Source: Deinococcus radiodurans R1 = ATCC 13939 = DSM 20539 (GTDB taxonomy: Bacteria > Deinococcota > Deinococci > Deinococcales > Deinococcaceae). Taken from it: a DNA stretch of 32,000 nt. The translations under genes were made by a program, and so were the position numbers. The stretch lies in contig NC_001263.1 in the NCBI RefSeq assembly GCF_000008565.1, forward strand, positions 2,473,347-2,505,346, read 5' to 3'. The notes beneath the pieces are model-generated. The model worked only from the letters and a program-made list of their open reading frames with translations. It ran no database searches and was not told where the DNA came from. Positions within the stretch are counted from its first letter, which is position 1. Every line of letters starts with the position of its first letter. Shown piece after piece: positions 1-11,486 of the stretch.

Positions 1-2326
<2,326 letters not shown>

Positions 2327-2332
2327 GTGCTT

Positions 2333-2361
2333 TGACCCTCCCCCACGGGTGGAGAGGGTCA
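2333..2361. repeat. Hairpin TGACCCTC...GAGGGTCA just after the fadN stop codon. It resembles the core of the repeat family at 14881, 18155 and 31159, and may act as a terminator.
   Basis: There is a perfect 8-bp inverted repeat (2333-2340 / 2354-2361) that extends imperfectly. The string TTTGACCCTC..GGTGGAGAGGGTC matches the cores TTTGACCCTCTAC..GGTGGGAGAGGGCC of the longer repeats. No T-tract follows. Confidence 0.45.
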
Positions 2362-2379
2362 GAAAAGCCAAAATCCCCC

Positions 2380-3555
2380 ATGCCCAACTTCCTCCGCCGC
2401 CTCAAAACCACGCCCAAGCGCAAGCTCGCGCTGTGGGCCGCCCTCGGCTACTCCGCGCTGGTGCTGGGCGGGGCGCTGCTGGGCGCAGAGATCGTGCTGC
2501 GCTCCAAGACGCGCTGGGTGAAGGGCGACTTCGTGCCGGTGGGACGACGCGGCAACAAGCTGTACTTGCCTGCCTCGCCGGAGACGCTCTCGAAGGGGCC
2601 GCTCGGCATCGTGCCGCTGCTGCCTAACCGGGGGCATCTGGTGGTGGGGCCGCACCGCATGGTGGGGACGGTAGTGGAGCGGCCTATCTTGCAGGAGCGT
2701 GGCGCTCTGCCGCAGGGCGCGCTGGCGTGGGTGTCCACGTACCTCTACAACGGCACCCCCGCGCAACTCGGCGCCGAGTACGAGGACGTGCTGGTGCCGA
2801 CCGAGGTGGGCGAGATGCCCGCGTGGCACATGCCGCCGCGCCACGCCGAGAAAGACGCCCTCATCGTCGTCGTTCACGGGCACGGGGGGCAGCGGGCGCA
2901 GGCGCTGCGGATGCTGCCCGCCATGCTGCGCACCGGCTGCGGCTCGCTCTTCGTCACCTTCCGCAACGCTTACGGGGCGCCGAAGGTGGGCAAGGGCTAC
3001 CTGACGCTGGGTGACACCGAAGCCGAGGACGTAGTGGCGGCCCTCGCCTGGGCGCGGGAGCAGGGGTACAAGCGGATTATTCTCTTCGGCTTCAGCATGG
3101 GCGGCAACATCGTGCTAAGCGTGCTGCGACCCAAGTTCGAGCCGTATCCGCTGCCGATTGTGGGCGTCATGCTCGACTCGCCCGCGCTGGAGTGGCGCGA
3201 CACCATTCGCTGGCAGGCGCAGCGCTTCGGCCTGCCGGGGTTTCTCGCCCGGCGGGTGGGGCGCTTTACGCAGCGCATCGTGACCCAGCGCAGCGGGCAG
3301 GATTTCGATGTGGTGGATCAGATCGCCGCCGCGCCACACTTCAAGGTGCCCATCCTGATGTGGCACGGCACCCGCGACCACACCATTCCTCTGGCCCAGG
3401 CCGAAGCCCTCTATGCCGCCCGGCCCGACCTCGTGGAGTTTCACCGCGTGGAAGACGCCAAGCACATCCGCACCTGGAACATCAGTCCAAAAGAGTACGA
3501 CGGGCAGTTGGAACGGTTCGTGGCGCGGGTGTTGGGGAGGGAAAGCTGTGAATAA
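2380..3555 (+). CDS. Membrane-anchored alpha/beta-fold serine hydrolase.
   Basis: An N-terminal TM helix is present (LALWAALGYSALVLGGALLGAEIVL). Catalytic motifs read from the translation are the HGHGG oxyanion motif, the GFSMGG nucleophile elbow (GxSxG), WHGTRDHTIP (Asp) and AKHIRTW (His). I chose the start at ATG 2380 (MPNFLRR), because the ORF-track start at 2332 lies inside the upstream hairpin. Confidence 0.8.
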   Translation: MPNFLRRLKTTPKRKLALWAALGYSALVLGGALLGAEIVLRSKTRWVKGDFVPVGRRGNKLYLPASPETLSKGPLGIVPLLPNRGHLVVGPHRMVGTVVERPILQERGALPQGALAWVSTYLYNGTPAQLGAEYEDVLVPTEVGEMPAWHMPPRHAEKDALIVVVHGHGGQRAQALRMLPAMLRTGCGSLFVTFRNAYGAPKVGKGYLTLGDTEAEDVVAALAWAREQGYKRIILFGFSMGGNIVLSVLRPKFEPYPLPIVGVMLDSPALEWRDTIRWQAQRFGLPGFLARRVGRFTQRIVTQRSGQDFDVVDQIAAAPHFKVPILMWHGTRDHTIPLAQAEALYAARPDLVEFHRVEDAKHIRTWNISPKEYDGQLERFVARVLGRESCE

Positions 3556-3589
3556 CAGTTTCGCTCAGGAGGGGCTGGGGCAGATACTT

Positions 3590-4075
3590 ATGCAGCTGTC
3601 CGAGTTCAACCAAGGGGCGGCACAGTGGCTTGGTGATGCAATCCAAGACGTTGAGCTTGCCGGTAAGATAAGCAATGACCTGAGTGTAAGTCACGGCACT
3701 TCTATCTTTCCTATAGAAGGTATGCCTTTCTTACAAGTTTCTAGCAGTGTTTCTATCAACTTCGGTGGCCTCGAAAGACTCTGGTGGTGTATCCTGCTTA
3801 ATCTTTCTATAGATGGCGAGCAAACCATTTCTGCACGCTGCCGAATAGAAGCTCGGCATCCTACAGAATACGGGCCACAAGATGTCTGCCGCATTTACCA
3901 GTCATCTCTACCCAATGGTCCGGAAGGCGTCCGCATGGTGGAGGAAACGTGTCTCAAAACTTTTCAACATCTGCAACGAACTCTGCAAGGTAAAACGGCA
4001 CACGAAGCTTTTGATAATTACCGAACAGAAAGCTACTCTCACCATTCATCTCAATACAAATCCCTCAAGGAGTAA
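3590..4075 (+). CDS. Hypothetical protein (161 aa) with no family I recognise, encoded in a low-GC segment.
   Basis: This is the only long ORF in 3556-4080. ATG 3590 is preceded by AGGAGG at 3568-3573 (16-nt spacer). My hand count of 3601-4080 gives 225 G+C out of 480, about 47%, against visibly much higher GC in the flanks. The part of ORF 3413-4075 upstream of 3590 overlaps the hydrolase gene and is not counted. Confidence 0.5.
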   Translation: MQLSEFNQGAAQWLGDAIQDVELAGKISNDLSVSHGTSIFPIEGMPFLQVSSSVSINFGGLERLWWCILLNLSIDGEQTISARCRIEARHPTEYGPQDVCRIYQSSLPNGPEGVRMVEETCLKTFQHLQRTLQGKTAHEAFDNYRTESYSHHSSQYKSLKE

Positions 4076-4080
4076 ACACA

Positions 4081-5280
<1,200 letters not shown>

Positions 5281-5333
5281 GCCGAGTGACAAAGGCAGCG
5301 GGCCGAGCACTTTTGGCCTGAGCCTGAACTGGA

Positions 5334-5364
5334 AAGGGACGCTTCCGCAAAGGGGGCGTCCCTT
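5334..5364 (+). terminator. Hairpin downstream of the thiolase gene.
   Basis: AAGGGACGC (5334-5342) pairs with GCGTCCCTT (5356-5364), giving a 9-bp stem and a 13-nt loop. The following T-tract is weak (CCTCTGTT). Confidence 0.45.
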
Positions 5365-5432
5365 CCTCTGTTAAAGCTCCGCTCAAGCCTTTGCCCCGGC
5401 CTTTCCTCACCGTCCTCAGAAACAGTGGAGGC

Positions 5433-5852
5433 ATGGACGAACAGGAAATGTTGACGGCCCTGCGCGAACTTTTCCCGCGTGCGGAGGTCACGGAAGCGAT
5501 GAATGCCTTCTTCTGGTTTGCGGAAGGCGACGAGCGCAAGCTGATGCCCTTTTTGACGCTGGTGACGACCGACGAGCACGACCGCGCCTCTCGGCTTTCC
5601 CGTGAGGGCGCCTACCGTCTCAACTTCAGCTTGACGCCCGCCGAGTACGCCTCCCGTTTCGGACCCCTGCCGAAGGCGCGGGCCGACTGGGGCGTGGTGG
5701 ACACGGGGTTTGACTACGCCGCGCCGGACCGCTTGATGCCGCATCCCATCTACGCGCCGTTGGGGTGGGCGTGCATCGTTCGTCCTGGCCGGGAAAGCTT
5801 TGAGGCGCTGGTTCCGCTGCTCCGGGCGGCGTATGAGCGGGCATTGACCTGA
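5433..5852 (+). CDS. Small conserved hypothetical protein, possibly DUF6194-like.
   Basis: ATG 5433 is preceded by GGAGG. The protein is 139 aa and codon position 3 is GC-rich. The DUF6194 resemblance comes from memory of that family pattern (LTLVT.DE.D..S.L.R.G.YRLN) and is unverified. Confidence 0.55.
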   Translation: MDEQEMLTALRELFPRAEVTEAMNAFFWFAEGDERKLMPFLTLVTTDEHDRASRLSREGAYRLNFSLTPAEYASRFGPLPKARADWGVVDTGFDYAAPDRLMPHPIYAPLGWACIVRPGRESFEALVPLLRAAYERALT

Positions 5853-5942
5853 GCGATAGAACCCTATTCTCCTTCTTGACCCTGGCCCTTTGCATGATTC
5901 CCGTGACACTGGCTGGTTATCCTGAGAATCAGAGGCCACAAC

Positions 5943-7439
5943 GTGTCGAAAATAGGGATTTATGCGGATTTGCCTTTGCCTGAAGAGTGGCAAGGAATAG
6001 TAGAGGGGTTGCGCCCAGCATCCCTGCGGCGGCCTCAGCGCGAGCTCTCGGCGCTGGGGCACTTGGTGGATGCCTGCTTGCATGTGGTGGATGACGAGCG
6101 CAACCGCGCCCTGATCTGGGGCCGATTTGGGGCAGGGCAGACCTTGCAAGAGGCCGGGGACGCGCACGGCATCACGCGGGAACGGGTCCGGCAGGTGGTG
6201 AACAGGTCGAGTCGCCTGTTTCTGAGAAATGCCCGCGTGCGCCAGATTGCCGACGCCGTATTCGCTGGCCTGGGACGGGAAGGCCCGATTTTGCTGAGTG
6301 TGCGCGGCGCGTGCAGTGCTGAGCAGCCTGGGGCTTCCCCTGAGCAGCTCTGGGATTTCATGCTGAATATCTGGCGCGAGGTGCAGAAACGCCCGGTGCA
6401 GAGCGTGCCGCTGGGCGATGACCTCTATCTGTTTTCACCCCAGCCCCTGCCGAGTGAGCGCGAAGTGGCACGCCGTATGGCGGAGCGGGGCTCGTTTCTT
6501 TATCCGGCGCAACTGGCGGCCCTGCTGGAAGTCGCGCCCAACGAAGTGGAAGCAGTGGCCTGCGGTTTGCCCCGGCTGGTCAGGACGCAGAGCGGGCTGT
6601 ACGGACTACGTGGTTGGACGCTGCCGCAACTGCTCAAAGCAGTAGCCGAGCAACTCGCCCGCGCGGGGTTTACCGAGTGGCATTTCAGCCAGATTGGTAA
6701 GGCAGCCGCCTTTTTTGACACTGACCTGGAACACACACCCTCACGCAACTTTGCCGCCGTGCTTAGCCGCTCTGAGGTCAACTCCTTTGAGCACGCCGGG
6801 CGTGATGGCTGCTGGCGGCTGGCTTCGCTGGGCGACGGCCACGGCAGCAATCTGGAAGCCATTCGTGCTGTGCTGGAAGAAGCCGACACTCCGCTGCACT
6901 GGACGGACATTCAGGAAAGGCTCTCAAGGCAAGTACACGACGGCACCGTGGTGGCCCTGCTAACCCGCGAACCGGACTTCGTGAACCTGGGACGCAGTGT
7001 CTTTGGCCTGCGGGACCGGGCGTACGACACCATGGAGACACAGACCGAGGAAGCCTTTATGCGTGACCTGTTCAGGCAAATGAGTCGCGACTGGGTTCCG
7101 GCGATGCTGGCTGAAGACCTGGCAGCCGGGCGCGGCCTGGACGTTCAGCAGTTGCGGCGGGTAGGGCGCGTCTCCGAAGAATTCCGCTTCTGGAAATGGG
7201 GCACGGGCGAAGTGCTGTATGTCACGCCGGAGGAGGCCAACCGGCGCTTTTTCCGCCGCTGGTTTGCAAGTCGGGAGGACCGTGAGCTGCCTGAAACTGA
7301 TGTCTTACTGGCCGGTCTGCGGCTGGCCTTTGAGCAGCGAGACCGCGACATCCTGTGCCAAACCTACGAATGTCTGAGGCGACGCGGCGGCACCTTGCCC
7401 CCCGAGGCAGCGCACTGGGTGGACTGGGCACTGGGGTAA
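5943..7439 (+). CDS. DNA-binding protein with an N-terminal sigma-70 region-4-like HTH followed by 2-3 HARE-HTH-like winged-helix modules. No catalytic motif was seen.
   Basis: Residues ~50-90 read DERNRALIWGRFGAGQTLQEAGDAHGITRERVRQVVNRS, a classic sigma70_r4 signature (..RfG...tL.EiG...giTRERVRQ..). Three later repeats end in patterns typical of HARE-HTH: VRTQSGLYGLRGW, AGRDGCWRLASLG and FVNLGRSVFGLRDRAY. The third is preceded by LEAIRAVLEEADTPLHWTDIQERL. The GTG start has AGAGG 7 nt upstream. The first ~150 nt of the region are ~49% GC by hand count. Confidence 0.7.
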   Translation: MSKIGIYADLPLPEEWQGIVEGLRPASLRRPQRELSALGHLVDACLHVVDDERNRALIWGRFGAGQTLQEAGDAHGITRERVRQVVNRSSRLFLRNARVRQIADAVFAGLGREGPILLSVRGACSAEQPGASPEQLWDFMLNIWREVQKRPVQSVPLGDDLYLFSPQPLPSEREVARRMAERGSFLYPAQLAALLEVAPNEVEAVACGLPRLVRTQSGLYGLRGWTLPQLLKAVAEQLARAGFTEWHFSQIGKAAAFFDTDLEHTPSRNFAAVLSRSEVNSFEHAGRDGCWRLASLGDGHGSNLEAIRAVLEEADTPLHWTDIQERLSRQVHDGTVVALLTREPDFVNLGRSVFGLRDRAYDTMETQTEEAFMRDLFRQMSRDWVPAMLAEDLAAGRGLDVQQLRRVGRVSEEFRFWKWGTGEVLYVTPEEANRRFFRRWFASREDRELPETDVLLAGLRLAFEQRDRDILCQTYECLRRRGGTLPPEAAHWVDWALG

Positions 7440-7496
7440 CGGGCCTCGTGTTGACGTCGATAGGCCGATGAGAGCGTATGAACTTCAACCGTTCCC

Positions 7497-7856
7497 ATGC
7501 ACTACGCTCCCCCTATGGCCCGCCGCAATTCCCAGTCCACCTGGCCCGAAGCCCCCGCCGCCGAAGCGCCGCCCACCTGTGCCCTCTGCGGGCGTGAGGT
7601 GCCCGAACTCGTGCAGCACCACCTCGTGCCCATCATCGCGGGCAAGCGCAAGGGGCTCAGGCCGCAGGACCTGCCCACCGTGGGTCTGTGCCCGGCCTGC
7701 CAGCAGTACCTGCACAGCACTTTTTCCATCAACGAACTGGCGACCGAGCTGAACACGCTGGAAGCCCTGGAGCAAAACGAGCAGGTGCAGAAGTTCGTGA
7801 AGTGGGTCCGCAAGCAGCCCGCCACCAAAGGTGTGAAGGCGAAAGGGCGGGAGTAA
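7497..7856 (+). CDS. Small HNH-family endonuclease-like protein (119 aa).
   Basis: The translation reads CALCG(x9)HHLVP...GLCPACQQYLH, which fits the CxxC...HH..P...CxxC...H layout of the zinc-bound beta-beta-alpha-Me (HNH) fold. The start is uncertain between ATG 7497 and ATG 7515. Confidence 0.65.
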   Translation: MHYAPPMARRNSQSTWPEAPAAEAPPTCALCGREVPELVQHHLVPIIAGKRKGLRPQDLPTVGLCPACQQYLHSTFSINELATELNTLEALEQNEQVQKFVKWVRKQPATKGVKAKGRE

Positions 7857-8660
7857 CTAGCGGCCTTCGCGGGCGAACCGTTCCAGCTCCGCCCCAGCGT
7901 CGGCAGCGCTGAACTTGCCGCGCACCTTCAGCAGAGTGCCGGTACTGGCGTCGTATTCGGCCAGGCGGTTATCCACATACCGCACCAGCACGCGCTGACC
8001 ATCGGGCGAGAGGCGGGCGTCCATAGCCCCGGCGCCGCCTGTTTGCGCCGCGCCTTTTGGGTAGGGCAGGCGGGAAATGGTGGCGATATACGCGCCGGTT
8101 TTGGCGTTCCAGACAGAGGCAGGCCCTGAAGAATAAGCGTTTGGACGAACGAAGGCCATGCGCTCGCCATCTTGGCTAAACGTCACCTTGCCATTGTAAA
8201 AGCTTTCTCGTTTGTCGTTGTAGACGAAAGAAATTCGTTCCAGCGTCGCCAGATTCCAGAGCGAAGGTGAGGGAAAGTAAGCGGGCCTGCGTGGGTCAGC
8301 CCGCTCCTTTGAACCGCTGAAATCCAGCAACAAGCGCTCGCTGTCCGGTGTGAAATCGGCTCCGAAAATACGGAAGTAGACGCTTAGGAAGGTTTTGACC
8401 CGCTCTCCCTTCGCTGTGTCCCAGAGCTGCACGTAGCCGCTGCCGTCCGCGATGTTGAGCAGCCAGCGCCCGTCCGGGCTAAATTTGCTTGCCGTCACCG
8501 CGTTCAGCCCCGGCGTCGTCGCCTGGAACAGCACTTTTTCGCCGTCGTAGACCTGCATGGTGGCCTGTCCGGGCGGGGTGTTGTGCGCGATGTCAGCACG
8601 CAGTTGGGCGGAGGCGCAAGTGCACAGCAGCAGCGTCAGCAGAGGCCAGGTTTTTCGCAT
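7857..8660 (-). CDS. Secreted or lipoprotein beta-propeller (WD40/TolB-like repeat) protein.
   Basis: A signal peptide with a possible lipobox is present (MRKTWPLLTLLLCTCASA). Repeated motifs are SPDGRWLL, LWD, SQDGERMAF and SPDGQRVLV. The stop codon (7857-7859) directly abuts the stop of the convergent HNH gene (7854-7856). The central part is visibly AT-richer than the window average. Confidence 0.7.
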   Translation of the reverse strand: MRKTWPLLTLLLCTCASAQLRADIAHNTPPGQATMQVYDGEKVLFQATTPGLNAVTASKFSPDGRWLLNIADGSGYVQLWDTAKGERVKTFLSVYFRIFGADFTPDSERLLLDFSGSKERADPRRPAYFPSPSLWNLATLERISFVYNDKRESFYNGKVTFSQDGERMAFVRPNAYSSGPASVWNAKTGAYIATISRLPYPKGAAQTGGAGAMDARLSPDGQRVLVRYVDNRLAEYDASTGTLLKVRGKFSAADAGAELERFAREGR

Positions 8661-8911
8661 GGCTCAGGCTACGGCGGGTGTGGGCCGGAAGCGTCCATCA
8701 AAAGTTGGCGAGCCTTGCCGGGCAGAGTGCCGTGGGCTGGCCCCTTGAGACGGATTTCGTCCCATTCCCCCACATCCATGACAGCACTGGATACGGGTCC
8801 ATTTCCCAAAATCCGTCTTGGCTGCTGCTCACTCCGTTCGGATGAAATCCCCAAAACCGTGAGGATTCCACCGCAGTCCGTAAGACAGGAGGTCCACGCT
8901 AGCATCGGCCT

Positions 8912-9673
8912 ATGCGCCGTCCTCGCCTCGCCCCGCTGTATGGGGTGCCGTCCACCGCCCTGCTTGCCCTGCTGCAAAGTGTGCAGTGGTGGCAGAGTGT
9001 CCGTGCCGGGTCGCCCAGCACTCTTTTGCCGTGGTCCGCGGCGCTGCTCTGGGGCGCGACCATCGGCGCGCTGCTGCACGCTTTCTGGCCGGGAACCCTG
9101 CCGGGCGACGAGCGCGGACGGCTGGCCTGGGGAGGCGGCGGCACCGTCCGGGCGCTGTACAGGGTGCCCACACTGCTGCTGTGCCTCTACCCGCTCGCCT
9201 TGACCCTGCGCCCGCCAGCCGCCGCAGTGCAGACGGAGGGGCAACGGAGTCAGAGCGCCCTGCAAAACCTGGCCGATGAAGTCGGGGAGCTGCATTCCGG
9301 CTCCTGTGACGCTCTGCCGGGCTGGCCGGGCAACGTGCAGGCGGGCGCCGCGCGGTGCCTGTCGAGCCTCAGCGACGGTCATGTGCTGGTGCAGAAGTTG
9401 CAGGCCGCCGTAAACCGCAGCGCCGCGCAGGTGGTGGACGCAACGGAGACGAGCACGACCGCGCTGCCCGTGACCCGGCAAGGCAATCTGGTCGTGGGCA
9501 AGGTGCATCTGCTGGCGTATGGCGAGCTGGGTGACCGCCACCGGGCCCCGATCACGCTGGAATATAGCGGTCTGGTGTACACGGGGCGCACGGGGCCGCT
9601 CAATGCCGCAGAGCGCGCCTTTTCGCAGAGTCGCTTCAAGAGCTACGTCATCCTGAGGCCCGGCCATGTTTAA
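8912..9673 (+). CDS. Hypothetical membrane protein (253 aa).
   Basis: About three hydrophobic helices are followed by a ~150-aa soluble tail. ATG 8912 is the first start after an in-frame TAG at 8900. The codon third position is GC-rich. The long antisense ORF 8669-9928 is Arg/Gly/Pro-rich junk. Confidence 0.55.
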   Translation: MRRPRLAPLYGVPSTALLALLQSVQWWQSVRAGSPSTLLPWSAALLWGATIGALLHAFWPGTLPGDERGRLAWGGGGTVRALYRVPTLLLCLYPLALTLRPPAAAVQTEGQRSQSALQNLADEVGELHSGSCDALPGWPGNVQAGAARCLSSLSDGHVLVQKLQAAVNRSAAQVVDATETSTTALPVTRQGNLVVGKVHLLAYGELGDRHRAPITLEYSGLVYTGRTGPLNAAERAFSQSRFKSYVILRPGHV

Positions 9674-10562
9674 GCTGCCGCCACCCCGCTGGCGTCCGCG
9701 CGCCGCGCCCTTCCGGTTGATGACGGTGCTCCTGGTCATCGTGCTGGGCGGGTACCTCCTGCTCGTGTTCAGCGTTTTTTTGAGCGACGACTTCGAGGCC
9801 GTGGATTGGCTGCTCGTCCCGATGCTGCTTCTGCCTTTTCTACTGGGGGCCCAATTCCACGCCTCTTCCGGGGGCCCGCAGGAACTGGGCGCTCTCGCCG
9901 CGCCCATACAACTGTGGCGCGACCCCAAACTGCGGACCCTGCCCGAGCTGCCGCCGCTGCCGCGCTGGAAAGTGGCGTTGTCTTACCTGGTGCCGCTGCT
10001 GGTTTCGGCTGGGATGCTGGTGTGGATGCTGCCGGATGTTCAGCGCAGGGACCAGTTTTCCAGCGGCACCTTCTGGCGGCAGGCGGCGGTGGAGGACATG
10101 GAGCGGGCGGCGGCGAACGTGGGGTTTATCCGGGTGGGCTGTCAGGACTTTCCGGTGAAGACCCGCCCGGAGTCGCTGTGTTTCATCGCGCCGCCGGACC
10201 GGGCGCCCAGCCCCCGGCAACCGCTCACGCAGGCATTGCCGCAGTGGGTGGGACAAAACCTGAGCTGGATAGAGATTGATTTCAAGCACCCCGACTCGGA
10301 CCCGAAACCGGTTCGGCACGACGTGGCAGCGCCGCCCCTGGCTTTTCGGCGTGGGGGCGGCGTGGCGGGCGTGTCCACGCAGCTCGACCTGCCCGTCACC
10401 GCTGAGGCGGGAAAAGCGCCGGTGCTGGGGGCCTTTCAGCTCGACGGGCTGGAACGGACAGGGCCGCCGTCCGGCACGGTGCCCGCCGCTTTCGCCACGC
10501 AGGAACGCTGGCTGCGCGCACAGGTGTTCAAGGCGTATTTCGTGGTGACGCCGCTGAAATAG
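9666..10562 (+). CDS. Hypothetical membrane protein (298 aa), apparently translationally coupled to the preceding gene.
   Basis: ATG 9666 overlaps the end of the upstream ORF by 8 nt. Three predicted TM helices (e.g. FRLMTVLLVIVLGGYLLLVFSVFL) are followed by a soluble C-terminal region. I recognise no family. Confidence 0.55.
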   Translation: MFKLPPPRWRPRAAPFRLMTVLLVIVLGGYLLLVFSVFLSDDFEAVDWLLVPMLLLPFLLGAQFHASSGGPQELGALAAPIQLWRDPKLRTLPELPPLPRWKVALSYLVPLLVSAGMLVWMLPDVQRRDQFSSGTFWRQAAVEDMERAAANVGFIRVGCQDFPVKTRPESLCFIAPPDRAPSPRQPLTQALPQWVGQNLSWIEIDFKHPDSDPKPVRHDVAAPPLAFRRGGGVAGVSTQLDLPVTAEAGKAPVLGAFQLDGLERTGPPSGTVPAAFATQERWLRAQVFKAYFVVTPLK

Positions 10563-10673
10563 ACCTGCTCTCCTGGACCGGTCTATGAGCTAGGATGAGA
10601 GCCACCTTCCAATCCGTTCCCTTTCGGCGGCTTTCCGTTTCCATCCCTCATTCCTGACCCCAGGAGGAATCCC

Positions 10674-11363
10674 ATGTCCCGTTTCTCGTCCCGTCTGCTC
10701 TGGTTGGCCGTGCCTGCTCTGCTGGGAACGTCCGTGTTCGCCGCCACTACTCCGGGCACCACTCCCCAGGGCACTGCTGCGCCCAAAAATCCGCTCGCCC
10801 TGCAATTCAAGACGCCGAGCGCGGCGCGGGGCGCTGCTATCGCCGGGACCTGCGCGGGGTGCCACGGCAAGACGGGGGTGAGCGTCCAGGCCGACATTCC
10901 CAGCCTCGCCGGGCAGATTCCCAACTACACCCAGTTTCAGCTCGCGGCATTCCGCGCCAAGTTGCGCCCCAGCAACGTGATGCAGCAGGTGGCGTCCAAA
11001 CTGTCGGACCAGGACATCGCCGACCTCAGCGCCTACTACGCGGCGCAGGCGGTCGGCCCCGCGTGGAAGGCCGAGCCTGCCGCCCGCGCACGCGGTCAGA
11101 AGCTCTTCACCGCCGGCGACCCGGCGCGCAACGTGATTGCCTGCGCGGTGTGCCACGGCAGCAACGGGCGCGGGCTGAACGCGAACCACATCGCCAGCGT
11201 GACCAACCTGCCGCCCGAGTACGCGCTGGAGGTGCTCAAGGAATTCCACGAGGCCCCCACCTTCGGCGGTCTCGTGCCGCCTGAAACCATGCGCATTGCC
11301 GTCAAGCCGCTGACCGACAAGGACCTCAAGGACGTGGCGACCTACATCAGCAGCATGAAATAA
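10674..11363 (+). CDS. Di-haem cytochrome c (c4-like), secreted.
   Basis: A signal peptide is present (MSRFSSRLLWLAVPALLGTSVFA). There are two CxxCH haem-binding motifs (CAGCHG and CAVCHG). The RBS AGGAGG lies upstream. Confidence 0.88.
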   Translation: MSRFSSRLLWLAVPALLGTSVFAATTPGTTPQGTAAPKNPLALQFKTPSAARGAAIAGTCAGCHGKTGVSVQADIPSLAGQIPNYTQFQLAAFRAKLRPSNVMQQVASKLSDQDIADLSAYYAAQAVGPAWKAEPAARARGQKLFTAGDPARNVIACAVCHGSNGRGLNANHIASVTNLPPEYALEVLKEFHEAPTFGGLVPPETMRIAVKPLTDKDLKDVATYISSMK

Positions 11364-11394
11364 ACGGGCCGTTGTCCGCCTGCCCTGTTTCAGC

Positions 11395-11425
11395 CTCCCC
11401 CTCCAGTACGCGAGGGGGTTTTTGT
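11395..11425 (+). terminator. Rho-independent terminator after the cytochrome c gene.
   Basis: CCCCCT (11397-11402) pairs with AGGGGG (11413-11418), followed by TTTTT (11419-11423). Confidence 0.6.
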
Positions 11426-11486
11426 TGCCCGTAGACTGAGGCGCGATGAGACCCCTCTCCTCCCCCCTGGCCTGCCGGACGCGGCG

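Noticed and set aside
3413-3589. The upstream part of ORF 3413-4075, which would give a 220-aa protein.
   Set aside because: It overlaps the 3' end of the well-supported hydrolase gene in another frame. It also has the high-GC composition of that gene rather than that of the low-GC segment. ATG 3590 with an upstream AGGAGG is the sensible start.
7451-7482. Promoter-like TTGACG ... TATGAA upstream of the HNH gene, and GTGACA ... GAGAAT (about 5913-5938) upstream of the HTH gene.
   Set aside because: The spacers are wrong (20 nt and 14 nt respectively) and the -10 hexamers are weak. They cannot be distinguished from chance matches by eye.
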